From Octopus vulgaris (taxonomy: Eukaryota), in assembly GCA_951406725.2 (NCBI GenBank), contig OX597815.1:155372001-155436000 (forward strand): a stretch of 64,000 nt of DNA, in the 5' to 3' direction. The notes beneath the pieces are model-generated. The model was not told where the DNA came from. It saw only the letters and a program-made list of their open reading frames with translations, and made no database searches. Numbering within the stretch: position 1 is the stretch's first letter; each line of letters opens with the position of its first letter. Positions 38,215 through 52,098 of this stretch are shown piece after piece. The position numbers and the translations under genes are program-made.

Positions 38215-39286
38215 TATAGTAAATCGGTTGGGCCTATATTAAGTACTAAGAAGATCTGGATGTCCATCCTGATGACTCAGAGCATACAGACGAATTCAAG
38301 CTTTGCAGAGTTTTGTGTTACATTGAGAGTCAAAGTGGGATGCGTGCTAGCATCAATTTTATTTTAATTTTATTTGATAGATCGTCTACAACCTTTTGTC
38401 ATCACGATTCAGTTTAATATTTTTCAGGTATTTACCCCTCCATGGCGTTATTTTGTATTATTTTAGTTTATATGCCAGTGAAAATTTCCTCAGAGGAAAT
38501 ATTCCTCGGTTCTGTTATGCTTCAGCATTTAAATGTTTATGCTGTCAATCGCTTCACACTAGATCCAACAGCATATATATGATATGGTAACTGAAGGGAG
38601 AGAGCGAGCTATACCAGATTCCTGCTAGCAGCCATTTAAAGTTGAATAGACGAGACCAACGTGAAATGAAGTCCTTCGATCAAAGTCAAAACGCACGACC
38701 CGGTCAAAGAATTGAACGTACGACCTTATGACCATGATCCGAACACACTAACCACTAGTCCACATAGACCCTATGCCTATGGTTTACCAGAGGTGTAGAG
38801 TGGGTTTTGACCTCCCTATACCGTAGCCAAATTGACTGCACATTGTCTTAAACACACCCTACGCTAAACCAATTTAGTTTGGTATATTCATGCGCACTTT
38901 TCATTCACATAAAATGTCAAAAGTAAATAGAAAATACTTTCTTCGCGAAGCTTTTGGTATGATACAGAATCATAGTTTGTGAACCGCTACACAAGAGAAC
39001 CTATTACTGTTTGCAGTGATGGGTTTGTGTGTGTTTCTGTATGTATGTATATATATTATGGGCAATTCTGGTAATTCTGACAATTGATTCATAATATACA
39101 AGTGAAAAAGTAATAAAAACGAAAACAAGTTAGGTGAACCACCTTTAATGTAATATTTTAAGCAGTAACATGATATTAAATTCGGCATTATTTAAAGGAA
39201 GTGTGGTATCATAAACGTGGCTCAGCTTTTTATAGTATCCTTATTATTATTGTTATTATCAATATTATTGTTATTTATTATTATTA

Positions 39287-39843
39287 TTGAGTGAGAGAGC
39301 AGTGCATGCCATCAAAGTGACACTGGGGTACAAATATATGAAGTCCAATATACCCATCATGACTACCTGCCTAATAAGGGTACATCAGGCACATACATCA
39401 CAACCATATATGCGCGACATGGTGATCTCATATCAAGATAAACAGCGCGTGGTCTTGCAGGTGGGGCTCAGTTAGAATATTCTTTTGGTCAAGTAGCCCA
39501 TCTCGCTCAAAAGGTCACTGAATAAGAATTGTTTAAGGATGTTGAACGAACCACCCATGTTTCCAAAGGTGAATTATCGAACCTCCAAGAAATCCTTTCT
39601 ACACATGGCTATGATGCTCCCCCACTACTTCTGCTCGTGATCAGAGGTGCGCATATCTTCAGCCACCAAAGGACACTGTCAACTGTTTAAGGTCATCTAA
39701 CTGACAAACAAATCTGTGGTATTGAGCAGAATATTTACTGTAGCACATCTTTTATACCAAGACAAAACAATGTACATGATAACCATTCCAATCAGTTAAG
39801 ATCAGAAGCCATGAGAGACACTGTCTGGTACTGCATCAGGGCA
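39287..39843. mobile_element. ~555-bp non-coding interspersed repeat flanked by (ATT)n
   Basis: Higher-GC block with (ATT)n on both sides; partial reverse copy at 42000-42120. Confidence 0.6.
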
Positions 39844-40836
39844 ATTATTATTATTATCATTATTATGGGTGGGGGTACAAAAGTAGTATATATTGCACAG
39901 AGTAAAAGTAGCTTGGCCGAACTACAAATTAATTATTGAACCAGTATTTTTGACATTGATATAAAGTTCAGTACTCAAATCATTATGAAATTTCTAGTAG
40001 GCGTTGCTGTACTGAATGATGTACGATAAAAATTATCCAAATCACAAAGAAAATGGCGATAATTTATCAGAATTAAGTATTTCATACTTTGTGAGAAGAA
40101 ATCTGATCTTTGTTAGCCGGAAAGCTGTGACAGATGTATTACTAAAAACCCACCTGGCATACTTAAATATCTCTAACTTATTTCCTGTGGTATTTCGTTT
40201 ATTTAAACATGGCTTCTGGTACATCTAATACACCATAACTCATAATTCAAATTCACCATAAAACTTAGATTGGAATTATCGAAGAATAAATACAAATACA
40301 AGTTAAAAATCTTGCTTGTAATCCTTCAGTTGCTCGTACAAATAAATTTATCTCCTCTGAATGTATACAACTGTGTACATTGTGTATACATCTATGCATG
40401 TGTATGTATGTATGTATGTATGTATGTATGCATGTATGTATGTATGTGTGTGTGTGTATGTATGTTTGTGTGTGTATGTATGTATGTATGTATGTATGTA
40501 TTTACACGTATACATGTATCCAGGGCCTGCTCTGGATACTGGGTTGGTGATGCCTCAGTAAACTAAATTTTGGTGCACTCTCAAGTATATGTGTGTATGT
40601 GTGTGCGGGTGTGTGAATGTATGTATGTGTGTGTCCATGTATGGGTGCGTGGATATACTCTTCAGAAGGATTAAAGAGTACAAATGTACGAATAAATCGT
40701 TTATTACAGTTTATCGAATGTAAGAAGGCGTGGCGGTGCGGTAAAAAGTTCGCTTCCCAACCACATGGTTGCAAATTCAGTCCTTCGCACCTTGGGCAAG
40801 TGTAGATTTGGTAGGTGGAAACTCAAAAGAGCCTAT

Positions 40837-40898
<62 letters not shown>

Positions 40899-40939
40899 TA
40901 TATATATATACATATATATATACACACACACATATATAT

Positions 40940-41519
40940 ATATAAAATACAAAATGGGACAAGAACGCAAAACATCCAGACAGTAATGTGATACAAGAAA
41001 TGGATAACAAAACATCCAGATAGACGACTCAAAGAAAACAAGGACGGGTCATTCGGGGTTTTCTTTCCTCAGTCGAGTTCCAGATTATCTTTGCAATTTC
41101 GGCTGATTATACTCGAGATTGCTCCAATCTGGCCAGCTCCAAGGAAAAACTAAGCTTAAAGCATTAGGTTCTTTGGAAGAAAGCAACTATGCATACGAAA
41201 ACAAGGATGGAAAAATGGAGAATATTACACAAATACAAATAGCAGTACATAACTACAGGTGTCTTTCGACTACGTAGTTTCCCGTCCTTGTTTTCGTATA
41301 CATTCGCTGCTTTCTTCCAAGGAATCTAATGCTCTTAGCTTAGTTTTTCCTTGGGGCTGGCCAGATTGGAGCAATTTCGAGTATAACCAGCCGAAATTGC
41401 AAAGATAATCTGGAACTCGACTGAGGAAAGAAAACTCCGAATGACTCGTCCTTGTTTTCTTTGTATCATCTATCTGGATGTTTTGCATTCTTGTCCCATT
41501 TTGTATATTTTTATATATA
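40940..41519. mobile_element. Inverted-repeat element in (TA)n (Penelope-like architecture)
   Basis: 40940-41215 is the reverse complement of 41279-41519. Confidence 0.75.
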
Positions 41520-41544
41520 AACCATAGCGACGTACGCACACGTT

Positions 41545-41607
<63 letters not shown>

Positions 41608-41623
41608 GCATGTATGTGTATAT

Positions 41624-41700
<77 letters not shown>

Positions 41701-42727
41701 TATATAAGAATAAGATCGTTATTTAAAATACCGATCATATCAGGCGGCTAGAATGGGAATAAAAACCTCATATATATGTGTGTGTGTGTGCGTGTGTGTG
41801 TATGTGTTTGTGTTTGTTCCCCACCGCCGTCTGACAACTTGTGTTGATGCATTTATTTCCCCGTAACTTAGTCTTTCGGCGAAAGGAACCGATAGAATAA
41901 GTATCAGGCTTTACAAATAACAGTTACTACTCAAGGTCAAAAATCGTGTTGCAAATATTCAGTTCAATAAAATGGATGAGCTTGTTAGTTGCTTAATATT
42001 AAGCCATTTGAACATGTCCCTTGGTGGCTGACAATATGTGCATCTCTGATCGTAAGCAAGAGTAGTGAGGGAGCATCATAGCCATGCGTTGAGAGAGATT
42101 CTTTGAGATTTGAATAAATATCATAACAAAAGTAACGTTTAAAGGAAATATTAGCGATTTTTCATACTGGCTAGGGGTGAGCAAAAAGGAAACAATAGTT
42201 GCTACCCAAGGATAAAAATCATGTTACACAGTGTTGTAGTTGTTAACGTTCCGAAAAGAGACCTTGTGCCTATGGAAAAAACAATTATTGGTATTTTATT
42301 TCTACTTAACAATATTATAATGATACTAAACGGACCTGAACGATAGCAACTTTAATCAAGCACATTGCCTGTATTATACGCTAAGTTGAATCATACTATA
42401 AATGGTCTTTGAATGAGTACCGTAGAAGAGAAATCAAGAGGAATTTTCCAATATCATTTTCAATGGAAATAATTGAAAACTGGATATATTAAGCGAAGCT
42501 TATTAATAAAATAGAAAAGCGTCCAGCATATATTCAACAGAAGAATTTACTCTATTCACACATAACATTCAATTGTAGGAACCATTCAAATGACTCACTG
42601 GAAAAGACGGTAGATGGGCTGGGAGGGTGGAAGTGTGTTATTATGAACAGATCTTAAGATACCCACCCTCAGGTCTCTATAAAATTTCTTAACCATGTCG
42701 CATGTATATACATATTACTTGTACACA

Positions 42728-42734
42728 TTGTATG

Positions 42735-42768
<34 letters not shown>

Positions 42769-42988
42769 TGTATGTATGTATGTATGTATGTATGTATGTA
42801 TGTGTGTATGTATGTATGTCTATGCAAGAGTTTGTAATTTCTGCCAATTCTCATGGAATATTTTAATATATGATTAGAGATAACTATATATGGATCTAAC
42901 CATACGCGGATACACACGAATTTATGTATGTGATTGTGTGTGTATATATATATATATGTGTGTGTATGTGTGTGTTTGTGTGTGTATG

Positions 42989-43026
<38 letters not shown>

Positions 43027-43106
43027 AATGTGTGTGTATATATATATACATATACATATGCATATATACATATAGGATTATATATAAATATATACATACA
43101 CATAAC

Positions 43107-43148
<42 letters not shown>

Positions 43149-43228
43149 TGTATACACGCACATATATACGTATATAAAGAAATAGATATATATTTATACA
43201 AACACAAATACAGATATGCATATACGTC

Positions 43229-43263
<35 letters not shown>

Positions 43264-43973
43264 ATTTGTTAGAATGCATAACATCAAGATATATGTATTC
43301 ATATATATATATGTGTGTGTGTATATATATGTGCGTGTGTGTTTATGTATATGTATGTTTATATATATGTATGTATATGGGTGCATATATATATGTGTGT
43401 GTGTGTATATATGTGTGTGTGTGTTTATGTATATGTATGTTTATATATATGTATGTATATGGGTGCATATATATATGTGTGTGTGTGTGTGTCTGTAATT
43501 GTGTATTTATGCATATATAAATGTACAAAACTATAAAAAAAATGAAAGAGAAAGGAAAATATATCCTTGAGTAAGCAATGTGATGAGAAACTTCTAGGAC
43601 AAAGTATAAATTGTATGGAGCAAAAAATGTAAAAACTTGCCATTTTACACAAAATATAATTATATTATATAATATTCCCTGACTAATTTCAATGGTACTG
43701 TCGGTGGTTAGATTCACAAAGAAAACTAAGTGGTAGAGATTATAACTGGAAGGCTGAATATTACTTGTTGAATAGACATAGAGAAAATAGTATTAAATTG
43801 TTGTTGCCAGATCGAATCCATTGATGTCGTCAAACACTTGTGCCTAGACGAACACTTACACGCGCGCGCGCTGACAGACAGATAGACAGACAGGCAGGCA
43901 AACAGACAGACAGACAGACAGGCAGGCAGACAGACAGGCAGGCAGACAGACAGACAGACAGACAGACAGATAA

Positions 43974-44046
<73 letters not shown>

Positions 44047-44049
44047 GAT

Positions 44050-44086
<37 letters not shown>

Positions 44087-44089
44087 GAG

Positions 44090-44177
<88 letters not shown>
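42728..44177. repeat. Compound microsatellite region (TATG, TA, CA, GACA, GATA) with a ~78-bp tandem duplication at 43310-43490
   Basis: Direct read. Confidence 0.9.
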
Positions 44178-44178
<1 letters not shown>

Positions 44179-44509
44179 TTCCCTTTTCGTTCGTTTGTAT
44201 AGATAAAGACTTCTAATTTAACGGTTCAGATTTATCAATATTTCTTTGGTGTTTGTCACGATCGTAATGTCTCGAGCAGTTCCATGATTTGATCCCTTAC
44301 TTGATTATGTTCAACTTTTCCTTTTAAGATGCGTTTTACCTGAAATTTTATGAGCTTTATTTACAGCTTCATTTACAATTAAGCTTCGTAAAAACAGCTT
44401 AAAATTTCTCGATTCTTCGAACAAAACAAAACGCACGACATATAAACTCAGGCATGTACTCAAGCATGAATACTTCAAGCATCCATCAATATATACTGAG
44501 AACATCAAA

Positions 44510-44893
44510 GCAAAAGGAAATCAAAGAGAAAGAAAATAACTATGGACAACTGCTTCGAAACCTCCAGCTTCTATATCCACATTACAAATTTACATTATAC
44601 CAATAATAATTGGAGCACTTGGTTTTGTAAGTGAATGCCTAACTGTCAGTCTTGATAAGCTTGGATTTTCAGAAAAAGAACTTACTCGCACATAACAAAT
44701 GCAAATTGTAAGCGGAACAGTAAAACTATGCAAGACTTTTCTCAGATTTAAAATGTGACATTGTTATTCCAATGATGGCGCTGTGTATCTTTGCTAGAAA
44801 CCAGTTCCTTCTTCAAAGGAAGAATTTATATAATAAAAAGCAGAAGAGAAACATGCAGACAGGGTAGTCTCTCATGTCCGACGAAGACGGTTC
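44510..44893 (+). mobile_element. R4/Dong-like RLE LINE 3' end, fragment 1
   Basis: EKENNYGQLLRNLQLLYP...PIIIGALG; homologous to 48955-49322. Confidence 0.75.
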
Positions 44894-45479
44894 ACACATA
44901 GATATATCGTTTTAGTCTTACTTTTTTCACTCATAGAACTTGTGTTGAGTCACTACTTTCAACGGATTTTAGTTGATCATATCAAATCATTGTTTTGGGT
45001 TTATTTTTCACCCTGATATTTGCTGAAAAGTTTATGTTAGAAGACATTGAGAGACACATTATACACTCCAGTTCTAAGATGTCTGTAAACACAAATACGC
45101 ATATATATATATATATAAAAGATAAGAGGGACTTCCACACAGTTTCGGAGTACCAGAGGCTACAGTACATGTGTGTGTGTATGTATACATACATAAATAC
45201 ATACATACATCCATACATTCATATATTTATGTAATTGTATGCATGTGCATATACATATATATTTAGGTATTTATTTATATTCTTTTATTCTTTCCCTAGT
45301 TTCAGTCACTGGAATGCGGTCATACCGGGACAATACTATTAGATGTTTTAGTCAATCATATTGATCTGTCACTCATTTTCATTTTCATACTTACATTAGC
45401 GAACATTATTTCATCGAATTATTCAGTGGCACATTTTCTTTTGCATAAAGCAGGGTTTTATACCAACATACACAAGCAA

Positions 45480-46092
45480 ACATGATATGCTTTTAGATTA
45501 CTCTGTGAGAGAATTTGGTAGAGAGAAATTGTCTAAAAACATATTTTGCTTGCTTGTGTATGCTGGTAGAAAAACCTTTTGCATGTGAAAGAAAACGTGC
45601 AACTGAATGATTCGACGAAATATTGGTGGAGTGTAAAAAGTAAAACAGTTACCAAGTTAAAATTCGACCAGCCAGATATTGTTGTGCCGTTAAACAAAGA
45701 CAAGATATGTTCTCTTGTGGAAATTAGCTGCCTTCTCGACACCAACGTGGTTAGAAAAATGCAAGAGTGAGAGGACATCTATGGACAATTCATAAGGAGT
45801 CTGCAAATATATTACCCGATATATACTTTCTACTTCATACCTATTATTATTGGAGCAACAGGATATATACGTACCTGTCTGGATGAAAGTATGATTGAAC
45901 TTGGGGGTCTAGGGAGAAAACGCAAATCTTTAATTCATACACTACTACTGATCACGATATCTCAGGCTATAAAAATCTGCAAGACCTTAAGATTTAAAGG
46001 ATGATCGTTAAAACACGATACTTTCCTTCACAACCTCGCTACTAACTAGATGGCCGGTCAAAATCTACTCTATGTTAAAAGAGAAAGAGAAC
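45480..46092 (+). mobile_element. R4/Dong-like RLE LINE 3' end, fragment 2 (divergent family)
   Basis: YWW...PDIVV...CSLVEISC.LDTN restriction-like endonuclease motif and FIPIIIGATG; runs into (CATT)(CATA)n. Confidence 0.75.
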
Positions 46093-46242
46093 ATTCATTC
46101 ATTCATACCTACATACATACATACATACATACACATACATACATACATACATACATACATACACACACACATACACACATACATACATACATACATACAT
46201 ACATACATACATACATACATACATACATACATACATACACAC

Positions 46243-46785
46243 ATGGTGGCTGCCCCCCTCGTTATCGAGTATGGCCATTGCACGAAGCTTAATCAATGTT
46301 GTTATCATGCAATGCCTGTGCAAGAAGTTTTTTCTTAAGTGAGGAAAGTCTGTGCACTGAATCAATCCCACTCACTAAGCAACAGCAGCCATAATCCGAA
46401 AAGAAGAACAAGTCAACATCATCGGTAACCACTGAGCCACAGGTTTTATGTGGGAGTTATCCCAGTTACCTGAGTTACCTTCTCCTAGAAGGATGCCCTA
46501 ACCTTCACTCCCAGTGGTTTAACCGCGCGATCGAGTATTCAGTCCGATTATTTCTCTGTCCCCGCGCATGATACAGCCTTAAGACATTTATTGGATGGCC
46601 GTTGACTCTCAAGAGTTCCTCCGCCCTTTGACGGGTTTTGTTTTTCATCCCGCAGGGTGTCCAATAAACACCCTCCTCACCAAGCAAACTTGGTGGGGTT
46701 GCCGGTTTAGTTGCCGACGACCCGACCATGCAACAGGTTGTACTGTGTTACATGTTACCAGTAGCACTCGAAAGTGACCTGACAT
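46243..46785 (-). mobile_element. ~540-bp structured non-coding retroposon in (CATA)n, copy 2
   Basis: Reverse complement of 1704-2242 with small indels. Confidence 0.75.
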
Positions 46786-46812
46786 AAGCATACATACATA
46801 CATACATACATA

Positions 46813-49322
46813 TGAAACTATCGAATGGGCTGAAAACTCTAGGTCCATCACTTGCCTAAGTATTTTGTACAAACTGTACATAAGCTGCCTCAATCAATTC
46901 TTCCAAGATCATTGTGATCAGGCCGATCAATGGAAGTGGGTGTGAGTATGTGCTGAACAACTTTTAATAAGAAATTCTGTTCTGTCTGCAGTTAAAAATA
47001 CCTTGTAGGGGCCTTACAACAATATGGCTTGATTATATGAAAGTATTTGACTCTATTCCCCATATATGGCTGCTGAAGTGTGTGTTCGTTTGGCAAAAAT
47101 GCCTATTATCTTAATTGCTACCATTGAGAAGTTCACAAAGCCAAAAACCTGGGCAACAATTCTCACTCGTAGAAGGGAGAGTGCAATGATAGTTTCCAAT
47201 GCTATAAATATTTCAAAGGGAATATTCCAAGAAAATAGTCCCTCTAATTCTGTTCATTTTAGCGCTAAATCCATTATCATTCCTGCTCAAATGGCTACAT
47301 GCTAGGGTCTGCAACTCATAGAGATATTAATGTAACCCTTAATCTCTTTGTGGATGACCTCAAGATTTATGTTAAAAATGTCAGCAATGCTAAAAAGAAA
47401 AAGCAGCTGGAATTAATGACATTTATTTCAGCTGACACAGGAATGGAATTTGGTCAAAAGAAATGTCCATATTTGTTGAACGGAGATAACCAGACCCCAC
47501 CCCGCCCCCAAACACAAAACCTGTGCATTAATGGTCTCACCATATTTCCTTATCACACAAAGAATGCTACAAGTATCTAGGCATTGATGAAAGTATATCA
47601 CACGAAGGTACTGTGAATAAAAATAGAATGACCCAAGAATATTACACCAAACTAAGAAAAATATGGCAGTGGGAACTAACTTCTTATAACAAAACAATAT
47701 CCCACAATGCATTTTAAGTACCAGTGCTGATCCCAACATTTGGGATACTTGACTGGTCTGTAGAAGAAATGCACTCCAAAGACATTAAAACCCATAAGAT
47801 TCTGTCTGTGTGGTAAGAAGTTTGCTTCCCAACTACATGGTTCCGGATTCAACCCCACTGCGTGATACCTTGGGCAAGTGTCTTCTACTATAGCCTCAGG
47901 CTGACCAAAGCCTTGTAAGTCGATTTGGTAGAGGGAAACTTAGAAAAGTCACTCGTATGGGTGTGTGTATCCTTGTGTCTGTGTTTGCCTCCCCCACCGC
48001 TTGACAACCGATATTTGGAAGTTTACGACCCCCTAACTTAGCTGTTCGGTAAGAAAACAAACGATAGAATAAGTACCAGGCTTAAGAAAAGAAAATAAGT
48101 ACTGGGGGGTCAATTAGTTCAACTAAAATTCCTCAAGGCGATGCCCCAGCATGACCCTAGTCTAATAAAAGATGAAGGAAATAACGATATCGATAGGCTC
48201 TGCCTAAGAGGACATAAAGGAGGTACAAGCTTAAGAAAAAGTACATTGAATTAGTGCTGAAAAGGGAAGAAAACAATATCCTACGCATCGGAAGCGGGTT
48301 CTTCTGGAAGCACTCTTTTCCTGATGCCCTCCCATACAACCCCAAATCAACCGGGCTAACATGTCTCAAAGAAGACCTGGAGGGAAACGCTCATCATCAC
48401 CCCCCACACACACACACAAAAAAAAAACATGTATAGGTATGTTTCCCGAGAACCTGAAGAAGTCAGTTCGATTGGCATGAAGGACCCGTTACCGCTACAT
48501 CACACTCCGAAGGCTATACGTTTGCAACTCAAGAGAGAACAGGAGATTTTTACTAAATATGTAATAATCAAAAGAAACTCTGATGCTTTTAGAGTTCCAA
48601 GATGAAACCGAAAATGTAGATTATAACATATTTATTTGGAAGACATCACACATGCGACTTGCAACTGCCCAAAAATGTCATCGAGGTACTACCTCCCTGT
48701 ACAACACGATGCTGACGCAATAACAATAAGCAATGCCATCCAGAAAGAATGAGTCCTGGAATAGATATAGACAAACCCCCTGTTATTGAATATGTACACG
48801 AATATCAACACAAGGAATATTAGCGTAACATTCCCATCTAAACATCTATCAAGTGTAAACATAACAGGCTGGATATTGTTGTTTGGGACAGACAAGAAAA
48901 CACATGTGCCATCATAGAGGTCAGCTGTCCTACTGATGTGAATATCTCTGTGATAATCAAAGGGAAAGAAAATAACTATGGGGAACTGCTTCAAAACTTC
49001 CAGCTTCTAAAATTTACATTTGTACCAATATTAATTGGAGCACTTGGATTTGTAATTAAATAGTTAACTGTCAGTCGGGATAAGCTTGGATTTTCAGAAA
49101 AAGAACTCAACCAACTGACTCACATATTACAAATACAATTTGTAACCGGAATAGTAAAACTATGCAAGACTTTTTTCGGGTTGAAAATCTGACATTGTTT
49201 TCGTTGGCTACATTCCAATGATGGAGCTGTGTATCCTTTTTCAAAGGAAGAATTCATATAATTAAAATCAGAAGAGAAACATACATACATGGTACTTTTT
49301 CATGTCCGTAAAAGACGGTTCT
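46813..49322 (+). mobile_element. 5'-truncated, degenerate R4/Dong-like LINE (RT, zinc finger, RLE)
   Basis: ITCLSILYKL, WLDYMKVFDSIPHIW, KGIFQ, LFVDDLKIY, YKYLGI, CPKMSSRYYLPVQHD, IIEVSCPTDVN, PILIGALG; interrupted by a SINE A at 47805-48160. Confidence 0.85.
47805..48160 (+). mobile_element. SINE family A
   Basis: CTGTGTGGTAAGAAG...GGTTCCGGATTCAACCCC...CCTTGGGCAAGTGTC. Confidence 0.8.
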
Positions 49323-49577
49323 TGCAATTTCTTGCTGAACGACCAACACAGATGAATTATTTATAGTGATAAATTGTTTACGCTGTACATTAGCTCACTC
49401 CTTACAGCAAATTGACGCTATCTGTACAGGTGCACAGTGTGCCGCGCGTTAGAGGTTTAAGTGATAGTAGAACAACGAGAGTTAAAGTGTTTTACTCAAG
49501 AACACAACACACTGCCGGCTCCGCGAATCGAACGCACGATTTCGCGATAGTAACACCCTAACCACTAGGCCTCTCAC

Positions 49578-49810
49578 TACATACATACATACATACATAC
49601 ATACATACATACATACATACATACATACATACATACATACATACATACATACATACATACATACATACATACATACATACATACATACATACATACATAG
49701 TACATACATTCATACATACATACATACATACATACATACATACATACATACATACATACATACATACATACATACATACATACATACATACATACATACA
49801 TACATACATA
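49578..49810. repeat. (CATA)n microsatellite
   Basis: Direct read. Confidence 0.95.
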
Positions 49811-49829
49811 CGCGTATAAATTACTTTGA

Positions 49830-51070
49830 TATTCTAATCGTCGAATTGCGACAGGAATATTCGGGCTGAGCTCGTTTGTAAGAACATTAGTAAAAATTCA
49901 ATGCCTTCAACTTGCAAGTAGCTTACCTTCGATGCTGTCGCAAGAAAATCAACTAAAGTTGATAACAAAAATCTCATCGAAGCATTACAAATTTTAGATA
50001 ATAGCAAAAATGTGAACTGCATTTACAATAACTTTATAAATGCTCATGAAAATGCAGAAGAAGCAGATATCCGAAAGTATAATGAAAAGAGAAAAAAACA
50101 ATCGTATCACAAGAGCAAACCAAGAAATATTGTTTTTAAATAAGAGGAAGAATCAAAGCTAACACATAAAGATACATCGAAAATAAATAAACCCATGAGA
50201 GTTGGCAGAGCAACACTGGAAAATGGAAAAAACATCAACAAAAAGAAACTTATAAACAAGAACTTGAAAGTTATTTACAAAGTAATATAATCGAAAATGT
50301 TTCGGAAAACCAACAAATTTCTCTCGCATGGCAACAGTGAAGGAAATAACAAGGAGAAAGTAAACCAATAAATGAAAATTAAAAGCAGACAAGCCTGGAG
50401 ACCGAATTTAAATAATTGGATAGAGTACTTCCTGGTCTTTTGGGGTATTCAATAAATATTATTGTCCAAATTATCGGTAATATTGCAAAAGAAATATCTA
50501 TTCGTGGAGATTACTGTACCAGAGAAGAAATAAAGAATTATATTAAGTTCTATTCAGACGTTAAGGTACCATACCTTGACAATTTACAAGTGGACGAAAG
50601 GAAAACAGGAGCAATGTTGTACCCACTACATGCGGAATGTAATAAAACCTAACACAAAAGACAACCATGAAATCTGGTAGAAAAATGATTGAGTGCCGAA
50701 CCTATCGAAAGGAAAATCTCGGATATAATAAACAATACAAAAGCGTTATTTTATCGGTTACTGCTGGTAAATACAACAACAAATGTTTCTTTTAAGAACA
50801 CGCACTGTTACAAAGAACCAATGAAATTGGTTTTGTCCAGGAAAATCAACATTATCACAAATCCATGCTTTACGATGTTTTATTGAAGCTATGAAATATC
50901 AGAACATAAAAGTTGTTCTATCATTTATAGATTTTAACAAAACTTTCGACTCAATTCGCCGAGCCACAAAAAGCAAATTCTGAAATGTAAATGGTTGCAC
51001 CGTGCACCGTCATTGATGTAATTGTCGTTCTCTTTGAAGTTCCGAATCTGTTTTATCACCTGATAGTGAT
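49830..51070 (+). mobile_element. Highly decayed RTE-like LINE
   Basis: Fragments YNNFINAHENA and LSFIDFNKTFDSIR. Confidence 0.55.
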
Positions 51071-51473
51071 AAAGATATAAATTTCTATGAAATCCAACGA
51101 AGAATACATAAGATTACATTCCCAGCTATTTCCTATTAGTTTATTTTACCATTAGACTAACCATTACGAATTACAAGATCAAATGTAGAGGAATGAGATG
51201 CAGTCTATTTGTAATGGATTAATGAATAATAATCGAAGTCAATTGTTGTTCATCGATATTTCTCAATTTTCTGGCTTCGTGAAATTTTGATTCTCGATAA
51301 ACTCATGTTTATTCTTGTCTTTACTTATAATTTATGTTAATAATATGCTTGCATGTGTATACCTATGGCTAAACATAGGTAATATACCGGTAGTGTAATG
51401 GATGCTTCTATCCCTTAGACGGTTAGTTTAACTTCTAACTCAGTTATATATGTGTGTGTGTGTGTGTGTATAC

Positions 51474-51576
51474 ATATTAGAGGGAAACCACTATGTGGAC
51501 ACCCTTATGCTAGAAATAGATCCGCTATGGTCTTCCCATAGCATAAGGGTGTCCACATAGTGGTTTCCGTCTAATA
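51474..51576. mobile_element. ~100-bp MITE or hairpin
   Basis: ATTAGAGGGAAACCACTATGTGGACACCCTTATGCTA and its reverse complement. Confidence 0.7.
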
Positions 51577-51588
51577 TGTATATGTGTG

Positions 51589-51642
<54 letters not shown>

Positions 51643-52048
51643 GACCCCCCCCCTTCAGTCATGATTGCACCTAGAAAGTTACCCTCCGAGGCACAAGTCT
51701 GGGCAAGGTTGTTTATGGAAGACCAGCAGTCGCCCACGCATACCATCCTCCCCTCTCCACACCGCCGACGTTATCCAAGGGAAAAGGAAAGGCAAAGGCC
51801 GATACATCTTGGCACCAGTGACGTCGCAGCTCATTTATTAACGTGCAAGTGACCGAGCATTTCACAGACACGTGTACCCGTAACCTAGTTCTCGGGGAGA
51901 TTCAGCGTCACAAGGCTGGCCCTTTGAAATACAAATACAACAGAAACAGGAAGAAAGAGTGAGAGAAAGTTGTGGTGAAAGAGTACAGCAGGGATTACCA
52001 CCACCCCCTGCCGGAGCCTCGTGGAGCTTTAGGTGTTTTTGCTCAATA
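51643..52048 (-). mobile_element. Composite of SINE D (3' part) and SINE C fragments
   Basis: 51643-51850 matches family D; 51840-52048 matches 58765-58990. Confidence 0.75.
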
Positions 52049-52098
52049 TGTATGTATGTATGTATGTATGTATGAATGTATGTCATTATTCAGTTTTA

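Noticed and set aside
38268-38300. CTGATGA hammerhead-like seed
   Set aside because: No properly placed GAAA and no stem I or III pairing
41415-41452. CUGAGGA...GAAUGAC hammerhead-like motif in the inverted repeat
   Set aside because: Stem II and the GAAA/UH elements do not fit the core
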